Source of the DNA: Azolla caroliniana
Lineage: Eukaryota > Plantae > Polypodiophyta
DNA length: 64,000 nt
Direction of reading: 5' to 3'
Assembly: GCA_043228905.1 (NCBI GenBank)
Contig: JBHGNT010000005.1
Coordinates: 8,866,001-8,930,000, forward strand
Shown here: positions 40,583-52,000 of the stretch, in pieces
Layout: every line of letters begins with the position of its first letter
Numbering within the stretch: the stretch's first letter is position 1
The notes under the pieces: generated by a model
What the model was told of the DNA's origin: nothing
What the model saw: only the letters and a program-made list of their open reading frames with translations
Databases searched by the model: none
Position numbers and translations under genes: made by a program

Positions 40583-42259
40583 TGTCGTGACGATTTTCGG
40601 CTACGGTGTGAAATCGAGTGAGACGAATAAACCAAGGATGTGCAACATTGCACATGCACTTAGCAAATAAACCTAAGGCCTAGTGGCACTTGAGTTTGTA
40701 CAAAGGGGTATAAGTAAGGTTTGAACCTTGCACCTGTAAGATACAAGATGATTGCCTTACCATTAGGACAACTATCATATAATGTGTATTTCCTTTTTAT
40801 ATACGAATTATAGATGAAACAACCATAGAAAACCATGTGCACAAAACCATGGTTCTAAACCCATGGATTTGAACCTTGCACCTATAAGATACAAGATGAT
40901 TGCCTTACCATTAGGACAACGATCATATAGTGTAAATTTTATGTATTTCCTTTTTATATACGAATTATAGATGAAACAACCATAGAAAACCATGTGCACA
41001 AAACCATGGTTCTAAACCCATGGATTTGAACCTTGCACCTATAAGATACAAGATGATTGCCTTACCATTAGGACAACGATCATATAGTATAAATTTTATG
41101 TATTTCCTTTTTATATACGAATTATAGATGAAACAACCATAGAAAACCATGTGCACAAAACCATCGTTCTAAACCCATGGATTTGAACCTTGCACCTCTA
41201 AGATACAAGATGATTGCTTACCATTAGGACAACGATCATATAGTGTAAATTTTATGTATTTCCTTTTTATATACGAATTATAGATGAAACAACCATAGAA
41301 AACCATGTGCACAAAACCATGGTTCTAAACCCATGGATTTGAACCTTGCACCTATAAGATACAAGATGATTGCCTTACCATTAGGACAACTATCATATAA
41401 TGTAGATTTTATGTATTTCCTTTTTATATACGAATTATAGATGAAACAACAATAGAAAACCATGTGCACAAAACCATCGTTCTAAACCCATGGATTTGAA
41501 CCTTGCACCTCTAAGATACAAGATGATTGCCTTACCATTAGGACAACGATCATATAGTGTAGATTTTATGTATTTCCTTTTTATATACGAATTATAGATG
41601 AAACAACAATAGAAAACCATGTGCACAAAACCATCGTTCTAAACCCATGGATTTGAACCTTGCACCTATAAGATACAAGATGATTGCCTTACCATTAGGA
41701 CAACGATCATATAGTGTAAATTTTATGTATTTCCTTTTTATATACGAATTATAGATGAAACAACCATAGAAAACCATGTGCACAAAACCATGGTTCTAAA
41801 CCCATGGATTTGAACCTTGCACCTCTAAGATACAAGATGATTGCCTTACCATTAGGACAACGATCATATAGTGTAGATTTTATGTATTTCTTTATATACG
41901 AATTATAGATGAAACAACCATAGAAAACCATGTGCACAAAACCATCGTTCTAAACCCATGGTTTGTGCATGTCACAAGCATGGAAAGACCTATAAAAGCC
42001 TCTAGTTGGGCTTGTGTAAGGGGGGCTCAATATGTGATATCACCAACACCACTATCATCAATATAATTATAATATTTGTGTTTATTTTCTTCATATTTTT
42101 CTACTTCTCAAGTGTACAATCTTTCTTCTTCTCAAGTAAACCAATTTCATCTAATCTTACATTGATCGTCATCTCTTCGATAATTCTGCGAACATCCTCC
42201 CCAGTCCAAGACCCCGGTGGTCGCTTGAGTAGCACACGCACGTGCGAATATTCGCGACA
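40583..42259 (+). mobile_element. Gypsy-family solo LTR expanded by an internal tandem array; 4-bp TSD CTGC/CCGC
   Basis: It starts TGTCGTGACGATTTTCGG and ends TTCGCGACA, like the LTR at 38864-39536. Removing it plus one TSD copy restores the Copia frame MKVAAEQEPKS. Confidence 0.8.
40721..41962. repeat. Tandem array of 8 units of ~157 bp
   Basis: TTGAACCTTGCACC starts at about 40721, 40869, 41026, 41183, 41339, 41496, 41653 and 41810; the units are nearly identical. Confidence 0.97.
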
Positions 42260-42557
42260 CCGCTACCTTCATCGCGAAGGCATAGTGATGGGCCATGTAC
42301 TCGTTGTAGCCGTGCCGAGTGACGAGGTTCTTAGCTCTAGATGAGCGTCGAAGTTTTTCGCTTGTTGATGTGAGCACCTTCTTTACTCTGGGTGTTCGCA
42401 TGATGGGTACACCAAACTCATTGTCTAGTGAGCGAGCCGACACATCCGAATCACTGTCGTCGGGCATCTTACCTTTGCCTTTGTCCAAGTTCGTACTTGG
42501 CTGCGACGTGCTTGGGTCGCGTGGGGGCTCTTGTGGCCCACTAGGCTTTGCCGTAAT

Positions 42558-43034
42558 TGTTACCGTACGAGATGTACGGGTGATTGATAAGTGTGATAAG
42601 TGAGGGTGAAAGATGTAATGCGTTGATATGTATGTGTAATGTTATATGATTATGAGTGTGAATGTAAGTGTGAGTGTGGTGGATACAAAGAGGTGTGAGT
42701 GACTAGGTGTGAATGCCCAAGGGGCTTGCACCCTTGTGTATCTACCCATTTGTACCTATTTAACCCCTTATGGGGAATGAATGAAAGAAGGATCATTTCT
42801 CTCTCTCTCTCTCTCTCTCTCTTTGACATCTTTCTCTCTCTCTCTCTCTCTCTTCCCCCTTAACGTTGAACCCCCTTGGGAGGGGGGTGGAGCCATTCTA
42901 GGCATCACCCCCCACCCCTCAATGCTTGTCTTGTTCTTCATGATCTCTCTCACCATTATACTCTCCATCATTTTCACTATTACACCATTACCATTCATCC
43001 TCATCCTCTACCCTAACCCTACTAACATACAACA
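42558..43034. mobile_element. Solo LTR (477 bp) with 5-bp TSD GTAAT
   Basis: TGTT...AACA termini are flanked by GTAAT on both sides (42553-42557, 43035-43039). It splits the Copia post-integrase linker. Confidence 0.85.
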
Positions 43035-44713
43035 GTAATCAGACTTTCTTCGAACATGTGTTTGAAGCGATCTCCATGTTCTACCTCTTGTTCGACGGAT
43101 TCCGGGTCGAGCGGAGTTGGAGTCGAAGTTGTCTCTGGTGCGTACCAAGATGCGGACTCGTCGAAGACTACGTCTCGACTTACCCGAATTACACAGGTGG
43201 AAGGGTTGTAGCACTTGTATGCCTTCTTCTCGGACGAGTATCCTATGAGGATACATTCCTCTGACTTCGCGTCGGGCTTCTGTTGTTGGTCGTTCGGGAT
43301 GCGTACATTCGCAATGCTTCGGAACACCTTGAGGTGCGACAAGATCGGCTTCCTTCCGACGAGGAGCTCGTATGGAGTTAGATCATGCACTCCATTAGTG
43401 GTGCATCAATTCATGAGATAGATGGTCGTGGATGCCGCATCGGCCCAATAGAAATTCGACATGTGCTTCTCATGCATCATGGCGCCTGCTACCTCAAGTA
43501 TTTGCCAATTCTTCCTTTCGGCTACTCCATTTTGTTGGGGTGTGTGTCGGCATTAGAATTATCTCTGAATGCCTTCACTTTGGAGGTAGCAGGTGAATTC
43601 ATTGGAGAAGTACTCCTTGCCTCCATTTGATCGTAGGCATCAAATGTGCCAATCAGTTTCTTTTTCGACTTGGCCCTTGAGCTTTTGGAAGTGGGAGAAC
43701 ATTTCGCTCTTCTTCTTCATCCGGAAGATCCACACGTAGCGCGAGTAGTCGTCGATGAAGGTGAGCTGGTCCCCATACATCCGAGTGTATGATGTCGAGG
43801 AGGCCTTTTCTTGCGGAGCTCTCCTTCGTAAATGGGAGTCGATGTTGTTTGCTGAGTTGACACGCTTTGCATACTTGGTCGACTCGTTTTGACTCGAAGG
43901 TTGGAAGTCTGATGACGAGTCCCTTTGTTCGCATAGCTCAGAGCCGTGGGAGGTTTATGTGGCCGATTCTCTTGTGCCACAACTCGATGCTTGTCTCGGT
44001 TTTCCTGGCCAATTTCACCTCGTTGGAATCGAGGATGAACATTCGTCCGTTTCTCCGTCCCTTGGTTATGAGTCGGCCATCTTTCTCGATGAAACAACCT
44101 TCATTATTGAACCGAACTTGCATGCCTTGCTCCACAATTTGGCCGACCGAGACCAAATTCTTTGTTATTGTGGGCATGTGCAAGACATTCTTGATGCAAG
44201 TTTGCACGCCTTCTTTCCCGAATGGGACATTGCCGATGTGCCGAATGGGATGTGTGGTGTCGTCTCCCGTCTCTATGAAGCCGGGTCGGTGTGGCGTTCG
44301 TAAGTCACGAAACCACTCTTGGTGTGACGTCATGTGATGTGAGGCACCAGAATCGACGAACAACACGTCTTCCAAATTGGAGGTGCTTGCGGAGTCAGAC
44401 GCAGACATAGTGTTCGCTCTATGCCTCATTACGAATAGTCCGCCGTAGTCGCCGTAGTCACCGTATTCGGAGTTGGTGGCATAATTCGTGAGTTGTTGAC
44501 TTGTCGAAGCTGACTCGCTTCTTCTTTTTCGGCACTCCTCCTCGCGGTGGCCGATTTTTCCCCAACAGTTGCAAGTTGCAGGCCTCATTTTCCGACCTTG
44601 TTCGGCATGAAAACTCCCCCTTCTTCCGAAGGTTCCTCGATGGCTTCCGTGAAGGTTTGAGTTCCCTTCGTGTGATGGGCCGAGTTGGCCTCTTCTACCG
44701 TCGTGACCTCCTC

Positions 44714-44872
44714 TTCTCCCTTGGCAGCGGAGCAATTTTGTGGAGTAGCAAGAAGCAACCAACCGTAGCTCTTTCCAGTACGGAGGCCGAATACAAGGGC
44801 GCAGCCGTAGGTACATGTGAAGTCGTATGGTTGAAGAGGATTTTGAAGGATCTGGGCGTTCCCATCAAGGAT
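44714..44872 (+). mobile_element. Short Ty1/copia RNase H fragment in the opposite orientation to the adjacent Copia, fused to Gypsy pol
   Basis: FSLGSGAILWSSKKQPTVALSSTEAEYKGAA...WLKRILKDLG. Confidence 0.85.
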
Positions 44873-47800
44873 TTTCGGGAAATGCTTGAAAGACATGGGA
44901 AAGCATTTGCATTCTATCCAAATGAAATCGGATGTGCAGATCCAAGGATAATAGAACCGATGGTGATATCCACAATACCACATGTACTGTGGAACCTAAA
45001 ACTGATACCAGTCCCAAGAGTGCACATTCCAAATTAATCAAGCTCTTGAAAGAGAAGGTCGAGATGGGAATTTTGGAACCATCGAATGCTCCTTGCTCAA
45101 ATAGGTGGTTCACGATACCAAAGAAGAATGGAACCTTAAGGTTCATACAAGATCTTCAACCAATGAATAAAGTGACGATTCGCAATGCCGGAATTGGTCC
45201 AAGAATAGATGAGTTCGCGAAAGCATTTAAGGGAAGGTCCATTTATTCTGGTGATCTCTACTTAGGCTACGATCAATTTCAATTAGCAATCAATAGCAGA
45301 GACATCACAACAATGAGGACCCCGATTGGATTGGTACCAATGTGCACCCTACCTCTAGGTGCAACCAACTCTGTAGCACACATGGTGAATGCCATGAACA
45401 AAGTACTAAGAGACTGCATCCCAAATATTACTATGCCTTTCCTTGATGATATCCCTATAAAAGGGTGCCCTGAATAAGAAAAGGACGAGTCTTTAGATCA
45501 AGATGGATGTAGAAGATGGACATTTCAAACCATATTGAAGACTGTGAGGGAGTGCGACAAAGACTAGGAGTAGGGCTCACATTCTCTGGAGAAAAGTCGG
45601 CATTCGGCCAACGCGAGGTCCTAGTAGTGGGACATCTTTGTGGACCATACAGATGGAAACCCTCTCCTGAGAAGGTGAATGTTATTCAAGAGATGTGAGA
45701 AGAATATACATCCCAGACAGAGGTGCGAATATTCTTGGGAGCATGTGCCTTTTATCATATCTGGATTCCACACTACGCTCATGTCGCCGAGCCATTATAT
45801 GGATTGCTGAAGGAAAGGACGAAGTTCGAATGGCAAGAGAAGCATACAAATGTGATTCGAAGATTGAAGAAACTACTTGAAGCTCCAACAGTATGAAAGG
45901 CCAACTATACCAAAGGAAAGCCAATTGATGTGACTGTGGATACGAGCCCAACAAGAATCAGGTGGGTCATCAACCAAGAAGGAGAAGATAGTGCATGGTA
46001 TGCCATCCAATTTGGAGCAAAGGTCCTTAGCGAACGACAACGAGGATACGCCCAAGTCAAGTGGGAACTCTAGGTATCGTGTCTGCGGTGAAGGTGGACA
46101 AGGACTACATGATCGGGTCGGAAGTGATAATTGAGACGGATTGTCTCCCAATTCTTGGGATGAACTCAGGATATGCGACACCAGATCTGGCTATGCTAAG
46201 GTGGATAGCCTATATCAAGTTTTTGAACCTAGAGATCTGCCACATTGCAGGAAAGAACAACGTCATGGACGACATGCTATCAAGAGCAAGATTCAAGAAT
46301 GAAAGTGACATGGTTTCGAAAGATGAAGATGTCACCCTCGACTTCTTCAAGACGCCCGACGGTCGGCGGAAGACAAAGGCACGCCAACCCTCCACGCCTT
46401 CAACGAGAACGAGTATGAAGGAGAGTGGTTACTGATCGGCAGGTTCTTGAGAACAATGACGACGGATGCCTCTTGGACGAAGGAGGAGGCTCTACACATT
46501 TGGAAGAAAGCTTACCAATACTTCTTGAAGGGAGGATTTCTTTGGTAGTACCCAAAGAGAAGAACAGGAATGCCACGTCGAGTAGTGGCGAAGAGAGAGG
46601 ACCAAGCGACGCTGATGTCTGAATTCCACGAGTCCTTGGGCAGGTCATAGAGGAACATGGGCAACGTTCAAAAAGCTGAAGGAGAAGTACTGGTGGCCGA
46701 GCATGTACAAAGATGTACTTCATTTCGTGTCCACATGCGAAAACTGCCAAGTACATTCGAACATATGTCACCGTGATGACTTGCGATCGACATACCCATT
46801 CACCATACATTTCAAATGGACGGTGGATCTAGTCTCAATGCCAATGGGAGTGGGACAAATGAAGTACTTGGTATTGGCAAGAGAAGACTTGACAAATCAG
46901 GTGGAAGGATGGTCCTTGGAAAATAAGACAATGTCAGCCGTCTGCAAATTTCTACTCGAAGAGGTCATCTGCCGATACGGATGTGTGGGAAAGATAGTGG
47001 CCAACCGAAGGGAGCTGGATGCACACGAAGCAATGGAGCTCTTCAAGAAACTAGGTGTGAAGCTCTCCCTCACGACTTCCTACAATCTGGAAGCGAATGG
47101 GAAGATTGAGCGAGGGCATGGACTGATAGTCAAAAACATTGTAGGAGCATGCGACAGTCGAGTTGGGAACTGGCTGCGACTATTTCCCTATGCCTTGTGG
47201 GCCGACAAAACTACGCACCGTTCTGTGACAGGGTATATGCCAACAGAGCTTATGTATTGACATAAGCCAATAATGCCCATCGAAAGGACGATCGCCTCAT
47301 GGGTAGCGATGCCATAGGAGAATGAGACGAGCCGAGAAGAATTATTGGCAGTGCGGATAAGGTGGCTAGAAAGAAGGCCCGAAGATCTAGAAAATGCACA
47401 AAAGATAATGGAGGTAGCCCGAGTGAAGAACAAGATTTGGTTCAACAAGACGCATCAACTACGTCCCAAGAAGATCGAAGGAGATTGGGTATTGGTCTAC
47501 GACAACAACCTTGACAACCAACACATGACGACAAGAAAGTTCGCAAGAAGATGGTTTGAATTGTATGTGGTGACGAGTGTCAATGACAATGCCACCTACC
47601 ACCTCGCGGAGCTCGACGGATCAAGGTTGGCCATATCCAATGTAGGGAAAAGAGTAAAGATCTTCAAGAAAAGACAAGATGAGGGTGCTGACCTCGAGCG
47701 AGGGCAACGAGGACAACGAGGACGTGGAGGAATTTGATTGATCACCATAGAAGAAATCTCACACTCTCTTTTTGGCACATACCAAGGGACGTGCGGTTTG

Positions 47801-49058
47801 GCACACTCGAAAATAAGCCTAGGGCCTAGCGACGTTTTTGTGCACACCAAGGGGTGCAAGTAAGCTCTTGAACCTTGCACCTCCAAGATAAGAGACAATT
47901 GCCTTACCACTAAAGCTACGACTGGGTGCTTTGGGTTTTGTATAATTTCTTCTCATATTCGGTATTCTATAAGAATAAAACGTATAAAACCGTGTGCACA
48001 AAACCATGAACACCGGGACATTTGAAACAGGTAATATGTCGCATTTTGAGAACTGTCCATAAAAAAATGACACAAATTAGGGTGATTCACAAAAGGGGTG
48101 CCGCATGCGTAAAGGATTTTAAAAAATGACCCAAGAATATATTGATTTTTAGCATGTACGAAAATTTAGGTGTTCAAAAAAATGCCTAAATAATGGACAT
48201 GCCAAACTTACAAATGAATGTCCAAAATGATTAACACTAATATTTATAGAAATTCATGAATCCAAATCTTGATGTACAATACAATATTTACAGTTAACGT
48301 ATCAGGACAATCGTTTTCCAAGTTTATGCCATCATCTTCATACCCATTAGATGAACTAGTAAGGGTTTATGAGGTCTCATCCTCATCATCAATGGCAACT
48401 AATGCATTGTCTTCATCCAATTGCAATCCAACCTCATCGAGGTTATGAGTCATGCTTCTTATTTATCTTTGTGTTGTGTCTGAAGCCACATTCGAGATCC
48501 TCTTTTAGTATCTTCATTGTGGTTTGTCGCAAATAACTTGTTTTGGTCAAAGATAAGTCATACACTAGTATATAAACATTATCCAATGTAAGAGTAGATG
48601 TACTTGATGCATTCTTTCTTCTTCACTTTTTTGTTATGATATTTAATTATGTACTTTCTATTTACGATATTTGATTATGTGAGAGAAACCTTCTACCAAA
48701 ATAATTAGAATCTAAAAAATGCCGTAAGAACGTTTTTTCGTTTTTCTTAAATTCTCATAATAAGCCTTTGATGTCAAAAAAAATTCGATTCATTCCATCT
48801 AGATCTGATGCACTAGGTCGAATTTTACTCTATACATCTAGAATTGGATGTAGTGCATTAGATTCTTGCTATGAGTTTTTGGAATTAAAAAAAAAATCCA
48901 TTAAAAAAATACTCTTGCATTTTCAACTGAGACATAATGCATTGCATCGAATTCTAGCTATATAGACTAAAATATGATACATTGCAGTGGATTTCACTTG
49001 AAAGTCCACTTTTCTTAATTGTTTTCGAATTTTCTTATTTTTTGTATTCTTTTATTTC

Positions 49059-52000
49059 TGTTGGGTTCTTGCTTTGAATCCCAAAAAGCTTCACCACTTT
49101 AAGGTTGTAAGAGTATTTTTAGACAGGGGGAAAAAACCTCCTAAAGAGGGAAAAAATGCCCCTGTAGTCCTAAGTGTGTTCACACACATCATTGTCCTAA
49201 GTGTGCTCACACATTACTGTCCTAAATGTGTTCACACACATCACTATCCTAAGTGTGTTCACACATCACTGTCCTAAGCGTGTTCACACACATCACTACC
49301 AAAATATGTCACCAAATCCCCCTTGGGAGTGATGCGATGAACAAGGAGTTGATACTCATGGTTAAATAAGTGCCAAGCTATGTGGATAGAGATGAATCCA
49401 CAAATGGGATTAGGCCTAAAGCTTTGCGGAAAGCTTCAAACTTCTCCCTAGGTAGAGCCTTTGTGAAGAGGTCTGCAATGTTCTCCTGCGTGGGCACATA
49501 AGCCAAATTGATCTCTCCATCAGAGAACCTTTCCCTGACATAGTGATAATGCACCTCAATGTGCTTAGTGCGAGCATGGAACACAAGGTTCCTCGCAACT
49601 GCCATTGCACTTTGACTGTCAGTGAAGATGGTGGTGGCAGAAGACTGACCAACACCCAAATCAACTAAAAGGCGTTTGAGCCACACACACTCAACTATAG
49701 TTGTGAAAGTTGCCCTATACTCAGTCTCACAACTAGAAGTGGCCATAGTAGGCTGCTTCTTGCTCAACCAAGATATGCATGAGCTACCAAGCATGAAGCA
49801 AAAACCACTTGTGGACACACGAGTGTCATAACAACCAGCCCAATCAGAGTCAGAAAAAGCATGCAGGTCTGGCGGTAGTGATCCCCCCTTGGGATAAAAC
49901 AACCCAAGTGACCAGGTACCACTCAAGTAGCGAAAGATGCGCTTAACTGCCTACCAATGCTTATGTCTTGGGCAATGCATAAACCTGCTCATGTGAGAGA
50001 AAATAAACTGAATATTAGGTCGGGTTATGCATAGGTAAATCAAGCATCCAATTGCTTGCTGATTGAGAACAATATCAAATGCATCTCCAACATCATGAAG
50101 GCTCAAACATAAACTTGTCTCCATGGGAGTGGCAATAGGTTTATAGTCTTCAAGGCCAAAACGCTGTAATAATGTGTCAATGTATTTCGATTGACACAAA
50201 GCTATTCCACCATCAACTTGCATGAATTGAATGCCCAAATAATGATGCAAATGTCCCAAATCTGACATCTCAAAAGAGGCATGCAAATCAGCTTTAAAGT
50301 CAGCAATATGCTTCTCATTGGGACCAGTGAGCAATATATCATCAACATACACAACCATGATCAGAAATACATCATCAAGCATGCTTAACATATAAGGTGC
50401 TTTCAGTTGGACTATTCTCAAACCCAAATGCAATCAAATAGGCATGTATCTTTTTAGACCAAGAACGTGGTGCTTGCTTCAAGCCATATTATGCCTTTTG
50501 CAACCTGCACACTTTGTGCTCATGCCCTTTTTGCATAAAACCACGAGGCTGGGATACACACACTTCCTCATGAAGATCGCCATTTTAAAATGTTGTTTTA
50601 ATGTCCAATTGATGTACATTCCAACCACGATGAGCTGCAATTGCACAGATGCTACGAACAGTAGTCATACAGCAGGTGGGAGCAAAGGTCTCATCAAAAT
50701 CAATGCCTTTTTCTTGGGCATAACCTTTCGCAACAAGCCTAGCCTTATACCTATCAATTGTTCCATTAGGTTTACGCTTATAGGTTATATACCCACTTAG
50801 TGCCAATAGCCTTCTTGCCAGGAGGCAAGTCACATAAAGACCATGTACCTGTCTTCATAATAGCCTCATATTCTGATTGCATAGCAGCCATCCAATTTTT
50901 TGAATTTTGTGCTTCATCAAAAGAAACAGGCTCATTCTCATCGCAAAGACTAGAGGCAACCATAACATAACAATTTGATGCAAAAGAAGCACTATGATAA
51001 CTTGAATGAGTACAATATGACAAAGGAAAATCCAATTTATTGTCTTGCAAAGTCTGCAACAGCCATGTAGGCACAATATTTGCCTCCTCTATATCAACCC
51101 TCTCATTAATAAGTGCATCATGTAAGTTTGCATCAGAAATAGAATGATCTACATCATTATGAGTAGCTTCCAAAGGCTGAGAATGTGCCTCAAGTGGGTC
51201 AACACTTAATTGTCCACTTGTAAACAGAGGCAACAAAGTGTCATACACATCTTTGGAGCTAACTGGTGTCTCCTTCATACATGAAAGAAGTGGCTGAATT
51301 GCATCCTCCACAAAAACAACACCACGGCTAACCAAAATGCATTTAGATTGTGGATTATACAGACGATAGCCTTTACTTTCAGAACTATATCCTACAAAAA
51401 TACATTTCACTTCCTTATCATCCAATTTTTTGCGTTGTTGTTTAGGCACTAATGCATATGCCAAACAACCAAAAACACGCAGATGAGAAATAGATGGTTT
51501 TTGGCCATGCCAAGCTTCATATGGAGTGCAGTGCTTTAGTGGGACACTTGTTAAGTGCATATGCTGCACACATGACAACCTCAAGCCAGAAACTATGTGG
51601 TAAGGCCTGACTTTTGACCATACACCTCGCCATTTCCATGATTGACCTGTTCTTTCTTTCAGCAACTCCATTTTGTTGAGGTGTATACGGCATTGTACAC
51701 TGATGTTTTATCCCACATTTAGCCATAAATGCATTAAACTCAGAAGACATATACTCCCCCCCTTGATCAGAACGAAGGGTGCCCATTTTACATGATGACA
51801 AATTCTCAGCCAAAGCTAGAAATTGTTTGAAGCATAGAAACACTTCGGACTTTGCCTTCAATGGATATACCCATGCATGCCTAGAAAAGTCATCAATGAA
51901 AGTCACAAAATAAAGATAGTTCCCAAGAGAATGTGTCTACATAGGACCACAGACATCGCTATGAACAAGCTGCAATTTTTGCGTAGCTCGAACTGAACCA

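Larger units (their letters stand above)
39943..44713 (-). mobile_element. Truncated Ty1/copia element nested in Gypsy gag: 3' LTR 39943-40360, PPT, integrase/protease/zinc knuckle; RT-RH mostly deleted, 5' LTR lost
   Basis: PPT CTTGAGGGGGCG precedes the LTR on the minus strand. Motifs: CNCWGKIGHREEEC, VDSGASHHM, LWHKRIGH, CKAC, HSDVWGP, KPDAKSEECILIGY, SRDVVFDE. Confidence 0.85.
38864..48010 (+). mobile_element. Degenerate Ty3/gypsy element: 5' LTR 38864-39536, tRNA-Trp PBS 39544-39560, gag start 39601-39942, pol 44873-47737, LTR remnant ~47790-48010; interrupted by a nested Copia
   Basis: LTR termini TGTCG...CGACA. PBS TGGTGAACCCGATGTGA is complementary to the plant tRNA-Trp 3' end (1 mismatch). 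RT with FIQDLQPMN and FLDDIPIKG, RNase H, integrase HHCC/DDE remnants and a GPY/F-like region. Assigning gag and pol to one element is inferred. Confidence 0.75.

Noticed and set aside
40660-41937. Series of near-identical 60-63 aa ORFs (MHMVFYGCF...)
   Set aside because: By-product of the 157-bp array. They have GTG starts, some units carry indels, and there is no coding signal.
48006-48010. Target-site duplication for the CAC-TIR element
   Set aside because: The flanks ATGAA and TTATC do not match, and the host LTR does not clearly resume on the right. An adjacent deletion is likely, so the TSD cannot be used for classification.
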